The position numbers and the translations under genes are program-made. 64,000 bases of DNA from Balanoglossus misakiensis (lineage: Eukaryota; Animalia; Hemichordata). The stretch spans positions 1,594,831 through 1,658,830 of the forward strand of contig CM082578.2 in NCBI GenBank assembly GCA_040954595.2, in the 5' to 3' direction. Below, piece by piece: positions 26,912 to 40,052 of this stretch. Position 1 is the stretch's first letter; every line of letters starts with the position of its first letter. Below the pieces are notes generated by a model. That model was not told the DNA's origin. It did not search any database and saw only the letters and a program-made list of their open reading frames with translations.

Positions 26912-27069
26912 TAGACTCTCTCGCAGCCCCTCTTGCCGTCCATGCAGGCTTATGGACTGATTGCATGCAGGTTCGCTACACAACACCATATGGGGCTTCT
27001 CCTTTTCTAAACAGTTGAGGGCGCATCAGTGAAGAGCCGTGTAGCGAACGTGGGCTGTGAGAGAGTCTA
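26912..27069. mobile_element. 158-bp MITE with 9-bp TSD
   Basis: ttacccacc|tagactctctcgcagccc...gggctgtgagagagtcta|ttacccacc; internal IR gttcgctacac/gtgtagcgaac. Confidence 0.9.
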
Positions 27070-27286
27070 TTACCCACCATGCTAGAACTTTTTCGTTTTC
27101 TTTGACGACGCTTAACACTTTTAATTTCTTGCTTTGTTGTTGGTAGTTTGTTTGTTCGTTACGTCTGTAACTGGGGTTCTTCACTTGTGGAATATACTGC
27201 TTATTTCTTGTGTATCTGCATTATGTTGATGTTGTCGCTCCTCTGGCAGAGAAGCCAGGGTTCTAGCTGTTGGCTTTAATATTAAA

Positions 27287-27551
27287 TGGACTGTTCAGAA
27301 TTTACTTCCGGGGGCGGAGGATTTTGAGGGGGGACCACCAATTTTCTCCAAGAAAAATTAGGGGGGAACAGACATAAAAACCACAATCCTTTAAGGGGGA
27401 CCATGGAAAAAAAACGAGGAAATTTAAGGGGGGACCACAGATTTCCTCCACAATTCACTAGGGGGGGGGGGGGGGGGGACCGTGAAAAAAAATCACCAGG
27501 AAAATAAAAAATCCTCCGGCCCCACCCTGGAAGTAAATTCTGAACAGTTCC
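27287..27551. mobile_element. Harbinger-type MITE
   Basis: TIRs actgttcagaatttacttcc / ggaagtaaattctgaacagt; TAA on the right; internal gggggacca repeats. Confidence 0.8.
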
Positions 27552-28499
27552 TAATGTTTGTTTGCTTGTTTGTTTATTTGTGTGTTTGTTTGTTTGTGTA
27601 TTCTATGACGCTTCTGTCACATTTGGCGTTTACTGTTGCATGAACAATGACCAAACCGACTCGACTGTATTTGGACGCACAATGGGTTTAAGAGTTAATC
27701 CATCGGTGTTTACCAGCCTAAACCATTCGATTTCTATAACTCTGTTGCAACAAGTGAGAACCATAGTCTATGTGAGAACCTAGTAATATATACATGTAAA
27801 TCAGAAGGCCAGTAACTGCATGTTTACCAGACTGGCGTGCAGTGACACCTACCACAAAATGGTATCGCCCAAATAATGTTGGGTAGAAGTTATGAGCCCG
27901 GTAAAAATAGCGCGAGCTATACATGGAAAAAAGTTGTTTTCCAAAAATAGAACAAAATGGGAATTCAATTCAGTGAATATGATTGGCACTTACGGAGTTT
28001 TAAATCAAAATAGTGGATTCATACCAATGAATACAAGTCAAGAAGTCACGTAGGGATCATGAAACAGACCTATTGATCATGTCATGATTATGTACAAGTA
28101 GCCATACAAAATTTTGAGTGAACTAGAGAGAAGTATACTAGTTATCGCTTGAATTTCATGTTTCGTTTTATTCAGATGTAGTCAACATTCATTTCAACAA
28201 GTCTATAACATGATTTTGAAATGATTTTCAAAAGTACACAATTCCATATGAAAATGTTACTTTTAGATTTGTAAATTTTTCTGTGTGTTTGAGTTCAAGT
28301 GCATAGGCTGACTCAAACATTCTTTGCATCAACATTTACCGTCCTTTCAAAAATCCTGCCTGTAGTCCAGGTTTTACATTTGCACTTAATAGCATTATAA
28401 CACCATCATGTCATCCACATGTTACCCTCATAGCCAGTCACAGTGTGTATATTGTGATTCATGAAGTACATGCTGTTCTACAGATTTTTTTGTGGAGAT

Positions 28500-28500
<1 letters not shown>

Positions 28501-28545
<45 letters not shown>
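28501..28545. repeat. (CA)n microsatellite
   Basis: Read directly. Confidence 0.95.
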
Positions 28546-28548
<3 letters not shown>

Positions 28549-28580
28549 CAACCGATAGACAAACAGACTGCTTGATAATA

Positions 28581-29561
28581 CAGTGAAACCTGTCTATTAA
28601 GGAAACCTCTAGCTCTGGGACTGGAAAATGTGTCCTTAATAGGGAGGTAATCTTAATAGACAGGTTGTATTCTATTCAAACTGTGACTTTTGTCATGAAA
28701 AAAATGTCCTTAAGATGGGTCCCTAGGATCTTTTTGCTCGTTGCTATGGGCCTTTATAGGACACTACACTCAATTTTGATCGAAACCGTTATGAACGTCT
28801 GACAAGGGGCTTGTAACTAGTTAAAAATATACACGATTGTGTGCACACCCCCTGTCTGAGTATGTTTACGGCAGCTACCGCCCGGCCATAGGCCGCCACG
28901 CTAATACGGCAAAGCAGCGGTCAGCGATAGCGTGCGCGTCCTGTAACCACAGTAACTGGATCGAACGCTAAAAATCCAATGTTTTGTACACAGAGATTTT
29001 GTACCGTTCACGAAAATCCCTAAGGCTTTTTTCACAGGCGACGTAGGCCAGTCAAATTTGACCTGCTTGTTGAGAACGCACTTCCGCATAGTGTGACGGA
29101 TCGTTTTTTCGGTTTTCGTCGTGCTAAGAAGCGATACCAGTGGAAGAGTGCGTCCAAAAACACCCAAAATCGATGACTTTTTCAGGTGTGGTACGGGTAT
29201 GCTGAAATCGTAGGATACAACGATAATATTCGAAAACAAAATCCGTCACGATCTTCCCTGGTTCAAGCAACTAATGAATACGTATCAAGTTCGTTTTTGA
29301 GGTCACGGAATAAAAAGCCTTAGGCTTTTGAAATTCGACCTAACTAATTTGCATATCAATGGCGTCAGGGGGCGCGCGCTCACAATCGTGCGTATTTTTA
29401 ACTAGTTACCAGCCCCTTGTTAGACTCTAAAAACGGCTTAGTCCAAATCGGGGTGTAATGTCCTATAAAGGCCCATAGCAACGGGCAAAAAGATCCTAGG
29501 GACCCATCTTAATAGAGAGGTGTCCTGATTAGAGAGGTGTCTGTAATGACAGGTTTCACTG
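28581..29561. mobile_element. Tc1/mariner-pogo-type MITE (TA TSD) split by a nested insertion
   Basis: TA|cagtgaaacctgtc...gacaggtttcactg|TA; internal gtccttaatag(a/g)gagg repeats continue on both sides of the nested element. Confidence 0.85.
28714..29508. mobile_element. Non-autonomous TTAA-specific element (Kolobok-like) with ~110-bp TIRs
   Basis: TTAA|gatgggtccctaggatctttttgc...gcaaaaagatcctagggacccatc|TTAA; RR..YY termini fit Kolobok better than piggyBac (CCC..GGG). Confidence 0.8.
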
Positions 29562-29736
29562 TATGCTCTGACTGATCGCAAAAGCTGAAACTTTTATGTG
29601 TTTGTAGATACAACACAAAGGAACTAAAAATAAGGCATTCACATAGGGACCATTGAAAGGTTTCTGAAACATCTCAACTCAAATATTGACATAAAATATG
29701 TGAACAGTTTAAGTCTTCCTGGAACGTTTCAGCTTT

Positions 29737-30000
29737 AGTGCCTTTCACACGTGCCGTCAACGCAGCCCCAGCGGCGGCCCTAGGGCGGCATTAATTTGTA
29801 AGTGCCACGTGTGAAAAGGTGAGAGCGGCCCTGCGCCGGTCTTTTTCGGATGGTGTTGAGGGGTGGGACCTGGGTCGGGGCGCCGCACTAAGCAGCGATT
29901 CAAATCACGTGTGAACAGAAACACCGCACTAAACGCCGATCTAAACGCACTCTGCCGATGCGGTTTGTCTCATTAAGCGCCGCATTAAGCGTTGAGGTTC
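29737..30000. mobile_element. Orphan Harbinger-like terminus
   Basis: agtgcctttcacacgtg resembles the terminus at 37451 (aggccgagttacacg); GC-rich subterminal cacgtgtgaa repeats; no partner end found in the window. Confidence 0.45.
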
Positions 30001-31487
30001 ACTTTACTAAAACAATGGCCGAAGCAGTGTCTCGAGGCAACAATTGGAGTGACGCGGAAATGGCCAAGGCACATACACAGGAATTGCAAACTCGACCTCC
30101 GACGACGATTTTGTAGCATGGACTGCAGTCTTCCAATCGCAACCTCCAATGAAAGGTTACCATAAACGGGTATCGGGTCATTCAAATGCCCATGAAATCG
30201 GCGTCGACGACGTTTAAAAAGCTAATTCAAGAGTACCATATACAGTAAACACATCACTGGATCCGCCATAGTGTCTCAAATTTTTCCCTGCCTGAACCTG
30301 GTATCTGAAATGTTTCTCATTTTACCCAGTGTAAACACGGTGAAAGACAAAATGTCCTATATCTGTATAACATAGATCATAAATTTATAATACACTTGGT
30401 CTGATTGCAGCTCTGTAATTGGTTGAAGCAAGGGTTTACATTCTCTACTAGAAGACCTGAACAGTAAATAACTGAAATAAAATACACAGAAGAGAATGCA
30501 CCTGAATAGTCCTGTTTCATAAGTCAGGTCAATGACATATGTACTGACATCTGTGATTGGTCCATCTGGTAATCTTAAGTCCACTTGCAGCACGCTGATT
30601 GGAGGGACCTTATGTGTTAGGTCTTATTATTATGTATTATTCATTAGACCTTGTAGGTTAGGTCTTATTACTATGTATTATTCACTTTACAGCTCCCTGA
30701 TTGGTTAATGTGTAGGTCTGGTCCTCCAGCGTTCACTGCCTCATTATGGAGGACCTTGTAGGTTAGGTCTTATTAATATGTATTTATTCAATTTTCAGCT
30801 CCCTGATAGGTTAATGTGTAGGTCTCCAGTTTTCACTGCCTCGTTATGCAAAGTCTTTTGTACTTTCTGAATACTGTTGTCGTATTCTGTCTGGCATGCT
30901 GCCTGCGCGTGGTCGAAGCTCGCGATCGATCCCAGTGTATAAAGAAAGGCACTCATATAATGATTGGATTTCACCTTGTTTCATAATTCCTTCACTATTC
31001 ATGGCATTTTATGTGATACTGTGAACTAGATACTCGAAAAAAACATTGCCATGAGAAATTTTGTATTTTATTTCCTGTGGGGGTTTAGTGTTTTGTTACG
31101 TAATGCCTTTCAGCGCGTCACTTCGTGTAGCACCTGGCTGAATACGAAGCTTAGGCTGTGCAATTCATTCGAGCAAACCAAATAAATCTTAGAATAGAAA
31201 TGTTTAGAATAGCATTGCATTGCTTTGGGACACCTCGTTAGTTGCTTTACGGGTATGATTACTTTTTAATTTTACTTCTTTCACGAAGCTGCACATAGTT
31301 CCCGATTTTTTTAGGAAAGCAATACGAATGTCTACGAATTACGGACAACGTGCTCCTTATCACAACATCTTCGTCAAAACTCAATTACTTTAATAACAAT
31401 AATAATAATAATGAAAAGTAGGTGTATAATAAAAATTACTGGTAGTATTATACCAAAAATGAACTAAAATACGTTGTAAAAAAATGT

Positions 31488-32605
31488 TCAAAGTCCATCT
31501 AAATGCTCGTTCAATCTCTCCAACGTGCGGTGGATGTTGGCAATCTTATCTGGAAGGTCATTCCTTAAAAAAATAATGTATAACTCGTGGGCTTCCCGGA
31601 CGAGTTGATACAGCCGCACTCTACCCTGTCGTGGTTGCTGCCTATCGGGAAGGGGTTCTTCCGGCAAGGGGATGTCCCTTGCGTCCGCAGCATCAGCAGG
31701 GTCTTCTGCTGGTCCGGGCACAGGCTCTTCCCGTTGATCAAATGGGTAGTGATATGGATCGGGAACCATCATAGGAACAGGTCCAGGGGCCTGTCTTTCC
31801 GGCAATGGTGGCACAACCGGAACAGGCGGCTGAATTGGCTGTCCACCAGCCTGAGCCTGGACCACCCCTGGCATGAGTGGTACATGTACAGCAGTGGTAC
31901 ATGTACAGCAGCTGCCAGCAACTGCGGCTGGCCTCCTTGCTGTCTGGCTCTTCTCTCATCGGGGGAAGCTAGTGCCGCATAGCGCATCTCTTGCTCTCTC
32001 ATTTGACGAGCACTGTAATGATAAAAAAACGAACAATATCAGTTTCTGGATGTGAGAGAACAAAGGTACTACTCAGGCCAAGAAAAATGCGTAGCCAGTA
32101 ACACTACCAATCTTATTTTAAACACTGTCTGACCCTATATGTTAATTTCGCCATTTCACAGAAAATCCCGCGAAATGACGACAGATTAGCGGGAAATTTG
32201 AAATCAAACGTAATTGCCACCACTATTCTATCAAGGGTTTTGGTCTGTATGTATTCCCCAGAAGATACATCAGGCCGGCAACAAAAAACGTTCTGTTTGT
32301 ACATACTAGCTATATTATTACTGACGTCAAGTTCTCAAAATAATCTATAAAAAATTGACAACTCACCCAGCTACACGCCTTATCACAATATTGCGAACAC
32401 GTCGCCGTAGTTGTCGCATGAGACCGTTGGTGTACAGCCTCACGGTTTCTTCCGGCAAACCACTTTGTATCATCAAGCGAGGGGGTTGCCTGATAAAACG
32501 GACGATGGCGTCATAATCAGTATTATGGACTCGCATTCCGGCAGAAACTAGTCCGATTTCGGCTTCTGTTACAGGAACGCGTGCTACACGTGGTGTTGCA
32601 GCCAT
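31488..32605 (-). pseudogene. ORF2 (accessory protein) of the PHIS element, 2 exons (32605-32367, 32012-31488), frameshifted
   Basis: GTGAGT donor and cattacAG acceptor join in frame (VAG-ARQMRE). A 17-bp tandem duplication (gtggtacatgtacagca, ~31878-31911) shifts the frame; removing it gives AAVHVPLMPGVVQ. Confidence 0.7.
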
Positions 32606-32875
32606 GTTGGTTGTTGAGAAAGACAAAAGTTTTACATTGAGAGATGACCACCGTGATCTTTGGACTACGAGCACCTGTTTAACTTTGAATTTACAATAGG
32701 AATTGACCAATCAAAACTAAACTGTAGAAAACGCTTCACGTTTGCAGTGATCTTTGTAATGCAAATCCTCAGGAGATCTTCAAACATGGTGATTGTGTTG
32801 GCCTTTATGAACGTAACCAGATATAGAAGGTCATCAATACTATCATAGGAGCATAATGAAAGACTCGTATTATGT

Positions 32876-32877
<2 letters not shown>

Positions 32878-32927
<50 letters not shown>
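32878..32927. repeat. (TCA)n microsatellite
   Basis: Read directly. Confidence 0.95.
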
Positions 32928-32928
<1 letters not shown>

Positions 32929-33965
32929 AGATGTGTGATGAAATAAATGTGTATAGCCGACGCACTTAATTTGGAGACAAAATGAATAGAATGATCTCTT
33001 GGGGACAAAATGCTGACTCAGGTTTTTTTCTCGGAGTTACAATGCATGGTCTTGTGTCTCACAAATGAGTGCGGTGACCCTCGTATTTTATTTCAGATTT
33101 TGATAACGGGGACAAAGAAGAATCCCAAAACCGACTATTTGGAGAAATGTCAATACTTTCACTTTTACCACTCATACATTTTCTTAACTCGTGACAAATT
33201 TTCGCTGGTATAACCATGGTAAAATAAACTTAGGGCTTCAGAGTATGAAAATATCAGTGCCATTTTTACTGAAAGCCGATTTCCATTTTTGTCAAAGTGT
33301 TTTGTGGAGAACAGAACAACTCTGCAAATTTAGAAAACAAAATTTAATAGGAAATATTGTGGAGCAAAATTGTTCGGTCATCACGTTTCTTCAGTGGATC
33401 TTTAGGGTTGGAACTTTCTGAGGAGATCTCTGTAAAAATTAAGCACGGTGGCAAAGTTTTTATTTTATTTATTTTATCAGAATAGTTTTTCAAGGTAAAT
33501 TTTAAATTACAGTAGTAAGTTCCATTTATTTTACGTACAATCCTATTGACAAGTATATGTCGACCATGGGTAGTTCCCACAGAGCAACGAAATTACTCAA
33601 ATGCAGACTTGTGTATATTATATAGCTGGTTTCAGATACGCCAGTGTACTTACATGATTAAAGTTTTTTGTCTAGTAGACACGTGACATTCTCATAATAG
33701 TTCCTGTGATTTGGTATTTGTTTTAAATTCACACTGCATTAATCAACTCCATAGAATTGGTGGACTCAGTTTGAAACCTACAAAGTTATATTTCGGGTAG
33801 AAGCAACTATCATTGTTGGCCCTAAAGCACCTGTAATTTATGTCTAACTAATTTCACGGTTATGATTGGTAGGAAAGGTTGTTGACACCTGTTCTATGGA
33901 AAGCTTTCATGTCTAAATACTGACTCATCGGACTACAATCACTCCAGTTGAAAGTCTACATCAAA

Positions 33966-35135
33966 ATGTCGCTGCAACGCAATCACGTTGTCTTGATGAT
34001 TTCGCAACTTCTCAGCTTACTTGCTACCTTGCAGTTCATTTCTGTGGCTATCCATCCTCCCATTTATTGTGAAGAAGAATTGCGTATGCTAACACAATCT
34101 GGTGAAACAGAACTATTACTGCTGCTTCTCACACTTCTTTTGTCTGTTTCGCGTCCACCAATGGAACAACCGCCGGACATTTACAGACTACTCTTCCCGG
34201 ACAACAACGGTAATAACGACACACATGGTATCGACGTCTGGAGCTCATTGTCTCAAAGACCACGCTACTTGTGGTTTTTGACAGGAGAGACGGTTCCGTC
34301 ATTTGAAGCCATTGTTAGAGATCTGGAACCGCGGCTCCGCAATCGAGGTGACGTAAATGGATCTTCCGGGCGACCATTTTCTCTGGACCCACAAAATCGT
34401 TTTTTGTTGATTTTCGTTTGGTTAAGACATTACCCCACTTTGGATTTATTGGCAGCTTGGTTTGGAGTAAGCAGAGGGACTGCAAACAGAGAAATTTACC
34501 ATATTTTGCCTTTACTTTGGCATTACTTTCGCCGCATGGTACGATGGCCTACGATGCAACGTTGCCATCAGTTACGAGGTCAGTGGGATTTCTTTCCGGA
34601 TGCCATCGGTACAATACCGACCCGAATCTGAAGGCCAATACAATAACCTCTTTTACAGCGGGTATGCAAGATATCATTGCATGAGCACTCAAGTCTTTGT
34701 GGACAACCAGGGGAGCATTATACACATCCAATCTGGATTTCTTGGTCATGCTAACGATGCAGCACAATTCCAGCTACTGGAGAATTGCCGATTCCACGTG
34801 AAACTTACTTGTTGGCTGATCAGGGTTATCCAAACAGATATCCACTGCTAACGAGGTACCCATCCCGTCAACTCGTCGGCCCATTTCGCGTGGAGAAGCG
34901 AGTTTTTAATCGAGAGTTCAATCAAGCCCGTGTGAATATCGAACACAGCATTAAGTATATCAAAACATATCGAGTAACTAGCGAAATATATCGCCATCCT
35001 CGTTGGTTTATGCCAGTTATTGTCGAAGTATGTACATTCTTGGCACAGAGACATATTATCTGTTCGCCGACGGCAATGAGACATAATTATTTATTGTATT
35101 TTTTGACATTAAGGTCTTTTATTCTGAACATCTGA
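33966..35135 (+). pseudogene. HARBI1-like DDE transposase (HTH plus DDE_Tnp_4 type), two frameshifts
   Basis: Three consecutive ORF pieces: LTGET..F, WLRHYPT..LA.WFGVS.GT, FYSGY..YH..TQ, G..ND, LADQGY, FNREF..ARVNIEH. The DGT motif expected after DAIGTI is missing at ~34615. Confidence 0.88.
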
Positions 35136-36780
35136 GACATTCTGAACATTTCGAGCCAATTGTATGTATTGTGTATAACACACGTAAAGAGATTTTGTTT
35201 ACCGTTTTTTGATATGCATTCGGATTTTTTTGGATTAAATCACATTTTAGACTTGTTATAATAATGGTAATGTGTAATTTTCGTATCTCTGTGGTAAGGA
35301 GAATTTAGTGTAAATTTCAGAGCGTTGGCTAACTTATCAGAAAATTATGGGCTGAATATTGTAAAAAAAATTCGGGAAGGTGCAAAATAGGACAAATTTT
35401 CCATTTTAGGACGTAATATTCAAAATGAAAATCACGGAAATCACTTTTTCAGTATATAAATTGGGATCGTATATGTCGGGTATGACCGGTACAACTGACC
35501 CACGAGAATCAAGGAGGGCTTGCACTAACTGGTCAGTCGACTGCGAACATCTGTTCTCACACGGCCACAATTTTCGAGTAGCCCCATATGTTTCCTTGAA
35601 GCTCTATTGTTCCCGCTTGTCATTCACAGCCCTCGCTGTTGTACATGCGGCCAATGCGCCAGTCAAATGAAAAAAAAAACGTGTAGTTTGTATCCGTAAG
35701 CAGCAATAGGAAACACCAAGCCAACGTGCCTTGTAATGCATTAGGGGACAGAGAGAAGTATTAAGCATGAAAATTCAACGCATGAAGATTTGTCTGGCAT
35801 GTTTCGTTGTAACTTTATGTCGAGTCGCGGAAATCACTACAGCTGTATAACGTGGCAGTGAAAACTGGAGACCTACCCATTAACCAATCAGGGAGCTGTA
35901 AAGTGAATAATACATAGTAATAAGACCTAACCTATAATGAGGTAGTGAACACCTGAGGACCAGACCTACACTTTAACCAATCAGGGAGCTGTAAAGTGAA
36001 TAATACATAGTAATAAGACCTAACCTATAATGAGGTAGTGAACACCGGAGGACCAGACCTACACTTTAACCAATCAGGGAGCTGTAAAGTGAATAATACA
36101 TAGTAATAAGACCTAACACATAAGGTCCCTCCAATCAGCGTGCCACAAGTGGACCTTAGAGAAGCGGATGAACCAATCAGAACATGTAATACATGTGCAT
36201 AGGACCTGTAATGTAGATCATTTTGAAACAGGACTAATAGAACACAGTTTATAAACTTGGATTGGTCATGGGCATCAAGGCGCTCTACTTAAGAAATTCT
36301 ACAACATGTTTGTACAAGTGGCATTTTACATGAGCAATGAGGCCTTTCTGGCATGTAATACTTAAAATCAAAACATCAGATTTTTTATCACGCAAAATCA
36401 TATTATAAATGACATTTTAAATGGTGTGCACTTATATTTGGTTACGGATTTAAAACCTCTTTGATGAAAATTTTGCCGAGAGGTCTTTTGTCTACAACCA
36501 AATACCCACTATGTACATATCATTCAGATTGCTCAATACTTATCAACAAGTTCACCAGTGGTTTCCAGAAATCTATGGAGTACCATATGCCATTTTCATT
36601 GTGCCTCCCCCCATCTATTTCAATACAATAAATAATGGCTGGCTTGATTTTTCCCCAGGACTTTTGAAGAATAGTTTTTGTTCAAGATATAGACAACATT
36701 CCAGATGTGTATGAAAACTCAAAGGAAAATAATACATTTGACCTGTCACCAGTTGTGAATAAAGTAAATATTTTCATAAA

Positions 36781-37356
36781 CTACATATTATAATCAAATT
36801 TAAACTCGTATGTGATGAATAATCGTCTCAACATAAGAGCTGCTAAGGCTAGACTTAACAGCACGATCAACACGAAAGAATTGCTATTTTCTTGCTGATG
36901 TATCTGGCGATTATTTTGATTTGATTGTGTGTCGTTTCTTCTTCTGGGTTGCTCATACCCTTGCTGGCTGACATTTCTTTGTCTTATGTTTGTCTCTGTG
37001 GTAGCATTGTCATTGGCATTTCTCTGGGAAGTGTTTTCAGTGTTGGCAGTTGCAGGTTCTGGTGCTAGGGGAGTGTTGACATATGCATGGGGTGTTGCAT
37101 CAGCTGGCGGTTGAACGGTGTTGTCGTTGTTTGATGCCGCCTCTCTGTGTTGCGGCGGCTGTCCAGCTCCTGCAAACGCAGCATACTGAGACACGAATGG
37201 GTTCGGGTATGACATCTGCTGGAAGTGTTGCTGGTATGCTGCGGCTGGATAGGGTGGGAGTTGTTGGTTCGCAGCAGCTACAGGCTGGGGTGTGTCTGTA
37301 CTTGTGCTTGTTGTGGCAGTATCATCAGAGGTTGCTGTGCTTTTCTTTGTCTCTTC
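36781..37356 (-). CDS. UBE2J1: Last coding exon of ubiquitin-conjugating enzyme E2 J1-like (tail-anchored ERAD E2); upstream exons not in window
   Basis: Acceptor tttttatcctccacAG, then a 576-nt phase-0 open frame. A low-complexity linker is followed by VLIVLLSLALAALMLRRLFITYEFKFDYNM*, closely resembling the vertebrate UBE2J1 transmembrane C-terminus (recalled from memory). Confidence 0.8.
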   Translation of the reverse strand, partial: EETKKSTATSDDTATTSTSTDTPQPVAAANQQLPPYPAAAYQQHFQQMSYPNPFVSQYAAFAGAGQPPQHREAASNNDNTVQPPADATPHAYVNTPLAPEPATANTENTSQRNANDNATTETNIRQRNVSQQGYEQPRRRNDTQSNQNNRQIHQQENSNSFVLIVLLSLALAALMLRRLFITYEFKFDYNM

Positions 37357-38685
37357 CTGTGGAGGATAAAAAGAACGCAGTGTTTTTGCAAAGGTCGGGG
37401 AACATTGGTAATGGATTTGGGAACCCCGTTAATATTCCTATAACCCCTAAAGGCCGAGTTACACGAGGCAACTCGGCAGGCAACTCAGTGGGCAACTCGA
37501 CGCGCAACGCCAGTCGCGTCGCTACTGCGAACGGTTACACTGGGCGACTCAACTGGCAACTCGCAGCGCGTGAACAGGACTGCGCATGTGCAGAAGCCCT
37601 ATCATCGTATGTAAACAATAGGAAAGGTAAGTTTCGCCCTGTCGCTCAATATTTTTTTGATTCCTTCTTATCTATTGTTGATTTTAGGATCTGTGTGCAG
37701 GGATTATTTGCAAAATACCGTTGCAAGCTCAATCATTGCTTTAATATGTACTTTGCAGTTCACGTACTGTCGAAATTCAACACTCTACAGTACGTACGCA
37801 TGTGTATATGGCCGGCAATGCATACCGGTACACTCTGTGCAATGTGCTTACACTTAGTTTTTTTATGCTACTTTACGTGTGATTGTACCGTACCTACCGC
37901 TTGTAGCAATGACACCAGAGAACGCTCAAGCTGAGAAGGGACGACGCCACAATGTTTATAATGTTATCCGTATTTTTTGAGAATTAAATAATTATATAAA
38001 GCTTATGCACTACAATTGTTGTCAAAGCATTAAATGACCAAATGTTATAGATACAAGTACATGGTTGTTTTGTTTGTTTTTTAATTTTAAGATCATGTCA
38101 TATAATAACGTTGTGTGTTTATTTTTACGACACTTCACGAAGATGAATGACATACAGGAAGATTTTCTGGTAATTCTGGCAACTGCAACTGCCTACTTAT
38201 TCCAAGAGAGAAATAAGAAAAAGAAAAGGAAAAGGTGAATAATTTATAATTATGAGTAAAATGAATGTGATATTTTACTTAATAGCTTTGTAAATACAGT
38301 TTTTGTATGCATGTGTCTCAACATATAACTTCCTGAATTACCTAGATTTTTTAAATTTTATTTATGGAACTGTTGACATGTACAATTCACATATTTACAG
38401 AAAACTTTGGTGTAGGCCTTGGCTGTTACGGAGACCACAACTGGGATGGTATCACACTCTCATTCAAGAGTTAAGATTAGAGGACCCAAGATGCTACAAG
38501 AATTTTTTGAGGGTCAATTACACAGGGTTTTCAGATTTGCTAACCCTAATAGAAGACAGAATCCATGAGGTCATCAATATCTCCAGGGGAACGGTTGGCT
38601 GTAACCCTCCGGTTTTTGGCAACAGGTATACAAATGTGCTACAGCTTTTATCATTACACATGTGAGTGTGTGTGTGTGTGTGAGC

Positions 38686-38721
<36 letters not shown>

Positions 38722-39463
38722 GTAATGAAAATGGAGAAAGTATCCTATATTTTCTGTAAAATAGACATTTACTATAATTGGCATGCCATCCTGCATCAAT
38801 TATAAGTCTGTATATGCACTGAAGCACTCACAGGGTGCATTGCATGGTGTTCAACCATGTTAAAAATCAGAGTACTTTCTTCAATTTTCAAGACAGATAT
38901 ATATATATATATATATATGATCTGTAGATGTTTGTATACAAATGCATTTAATTGTTTTGTATTGTTTCTCCATAGGACAATCATACCAATGTCTACAGTA
39001 TGGATTTCGGATGTCTGTTTCAACAATTCGGAAAATAATCCCAGAAACATGTGAAGCAATCTTCGAGGCTCTTAAAGACAGCTATCTCAAGGTAACTATA
39101 CATTTTTTCCATGTTTATTTCATTTTTTAAGTCATTTGGACTTTAAAACAGAAAATCTTAGTATACATATCAATAAAATATTACATAGAATGCTAACACA
39201 CTCCAAATATGGAGACAACAACAACAATAAGTTGCATGTTACAATGGATGTGATTATTGAAATGTTTTTTTCTTAAAATCTAACTCTTACCTTCCTTGTT
39301 GTTTATGTATTCATTAATACTGATGATACTATGACACTACAACTTTGTTTAAAAAACACTGGAAATAAAATTTAACTTTTTACACTCTGGGCAGAAACCT
39401 GCGCAAACAACTAAAATATTGCTTAAAGAGAAAATCATTATAGAATTCTTTAACATGTTTTTA

Positions 39464-40052
39464 AAAATCGCGTCAAGGACACGGTGGTCCCATTGAGGGA
39501 TTATACAAGAAAAAGTCTACACCAGAGTACATGGCCATATACAGACAGACAGACACACACACACACACACACACTTAGCGAGAGATCAATGGGCAAGCAC
39601 TGACTGACCCATTAGCTGCCAATGGCATATGTACTGTACATACACTAAATAGAACAAGCCAGTTATGTAATCTTTCAGGAATTTGTATATAATTCACTGC
39701 CTCAGGAGGGGGCTTCCTGCCTAATTAAAACAACTCAATAAAATAAATACACACCAATTTGCAAAGCAATCTGACCAGTAATAATAATAATAATAATAGT
39801 AGTTCTTGAGGTACTGAGTTTTGACCAAATTCACATTTTTCATTTTGGCAATGACAACAAACTCCCATCTACAGTCAAGCCTGCATCTGCACACCAAATA
39901 ACAAGGTGATACATACAGCGGTTTTCAAGTTTTTGATGTGGACGGACATACATACATACATACATACATACATACATACATACATACATACAGATGCAAT
40001 CGATCCCATAAGGTCCCATGGTATATATGCCTATACCAATGGGACCTAAAAA
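39464..40052 (+). mobile_element. Complete ~590-bp HINE-like element inserted in the Harbinger
   Basis: Starts aaaatcgcgtcaaggacacggtggtcccatt (as at 8811); subterminal IR ggtcccatt/aatgggacc; (cata)n tract; 3' hairpin aggtcccat..atgggacct; A-rich junctions, no TSD. Confidence 0.7.

Larger units (their letters stand above)
30508..36235. mobile_element. Full-length PHIS (PIF/Harbinger superfamily, Pangu-like) transposon, AAT TSD, ~350-bp repeat-containing TIRs
   Basis: AAT|agtcctgtttca...tgaaacaggact|AAT; 30580-30850 is the reverse complement of 35855-36155 with ~94-bp subrepeats; encloses a transposase and a divergent ORF2. Confidence 0.85.

Noticed and set aside
32805-33008. Poly-Asp ORF
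   Set aside because: Translation of the (TCA)n microsatellite.
37083-37934. 283-aa plus-strand ORF
   Set aside because: Antisense to the UBE2J1-like exon and runs across a transposon junction; no recognisable motifs.
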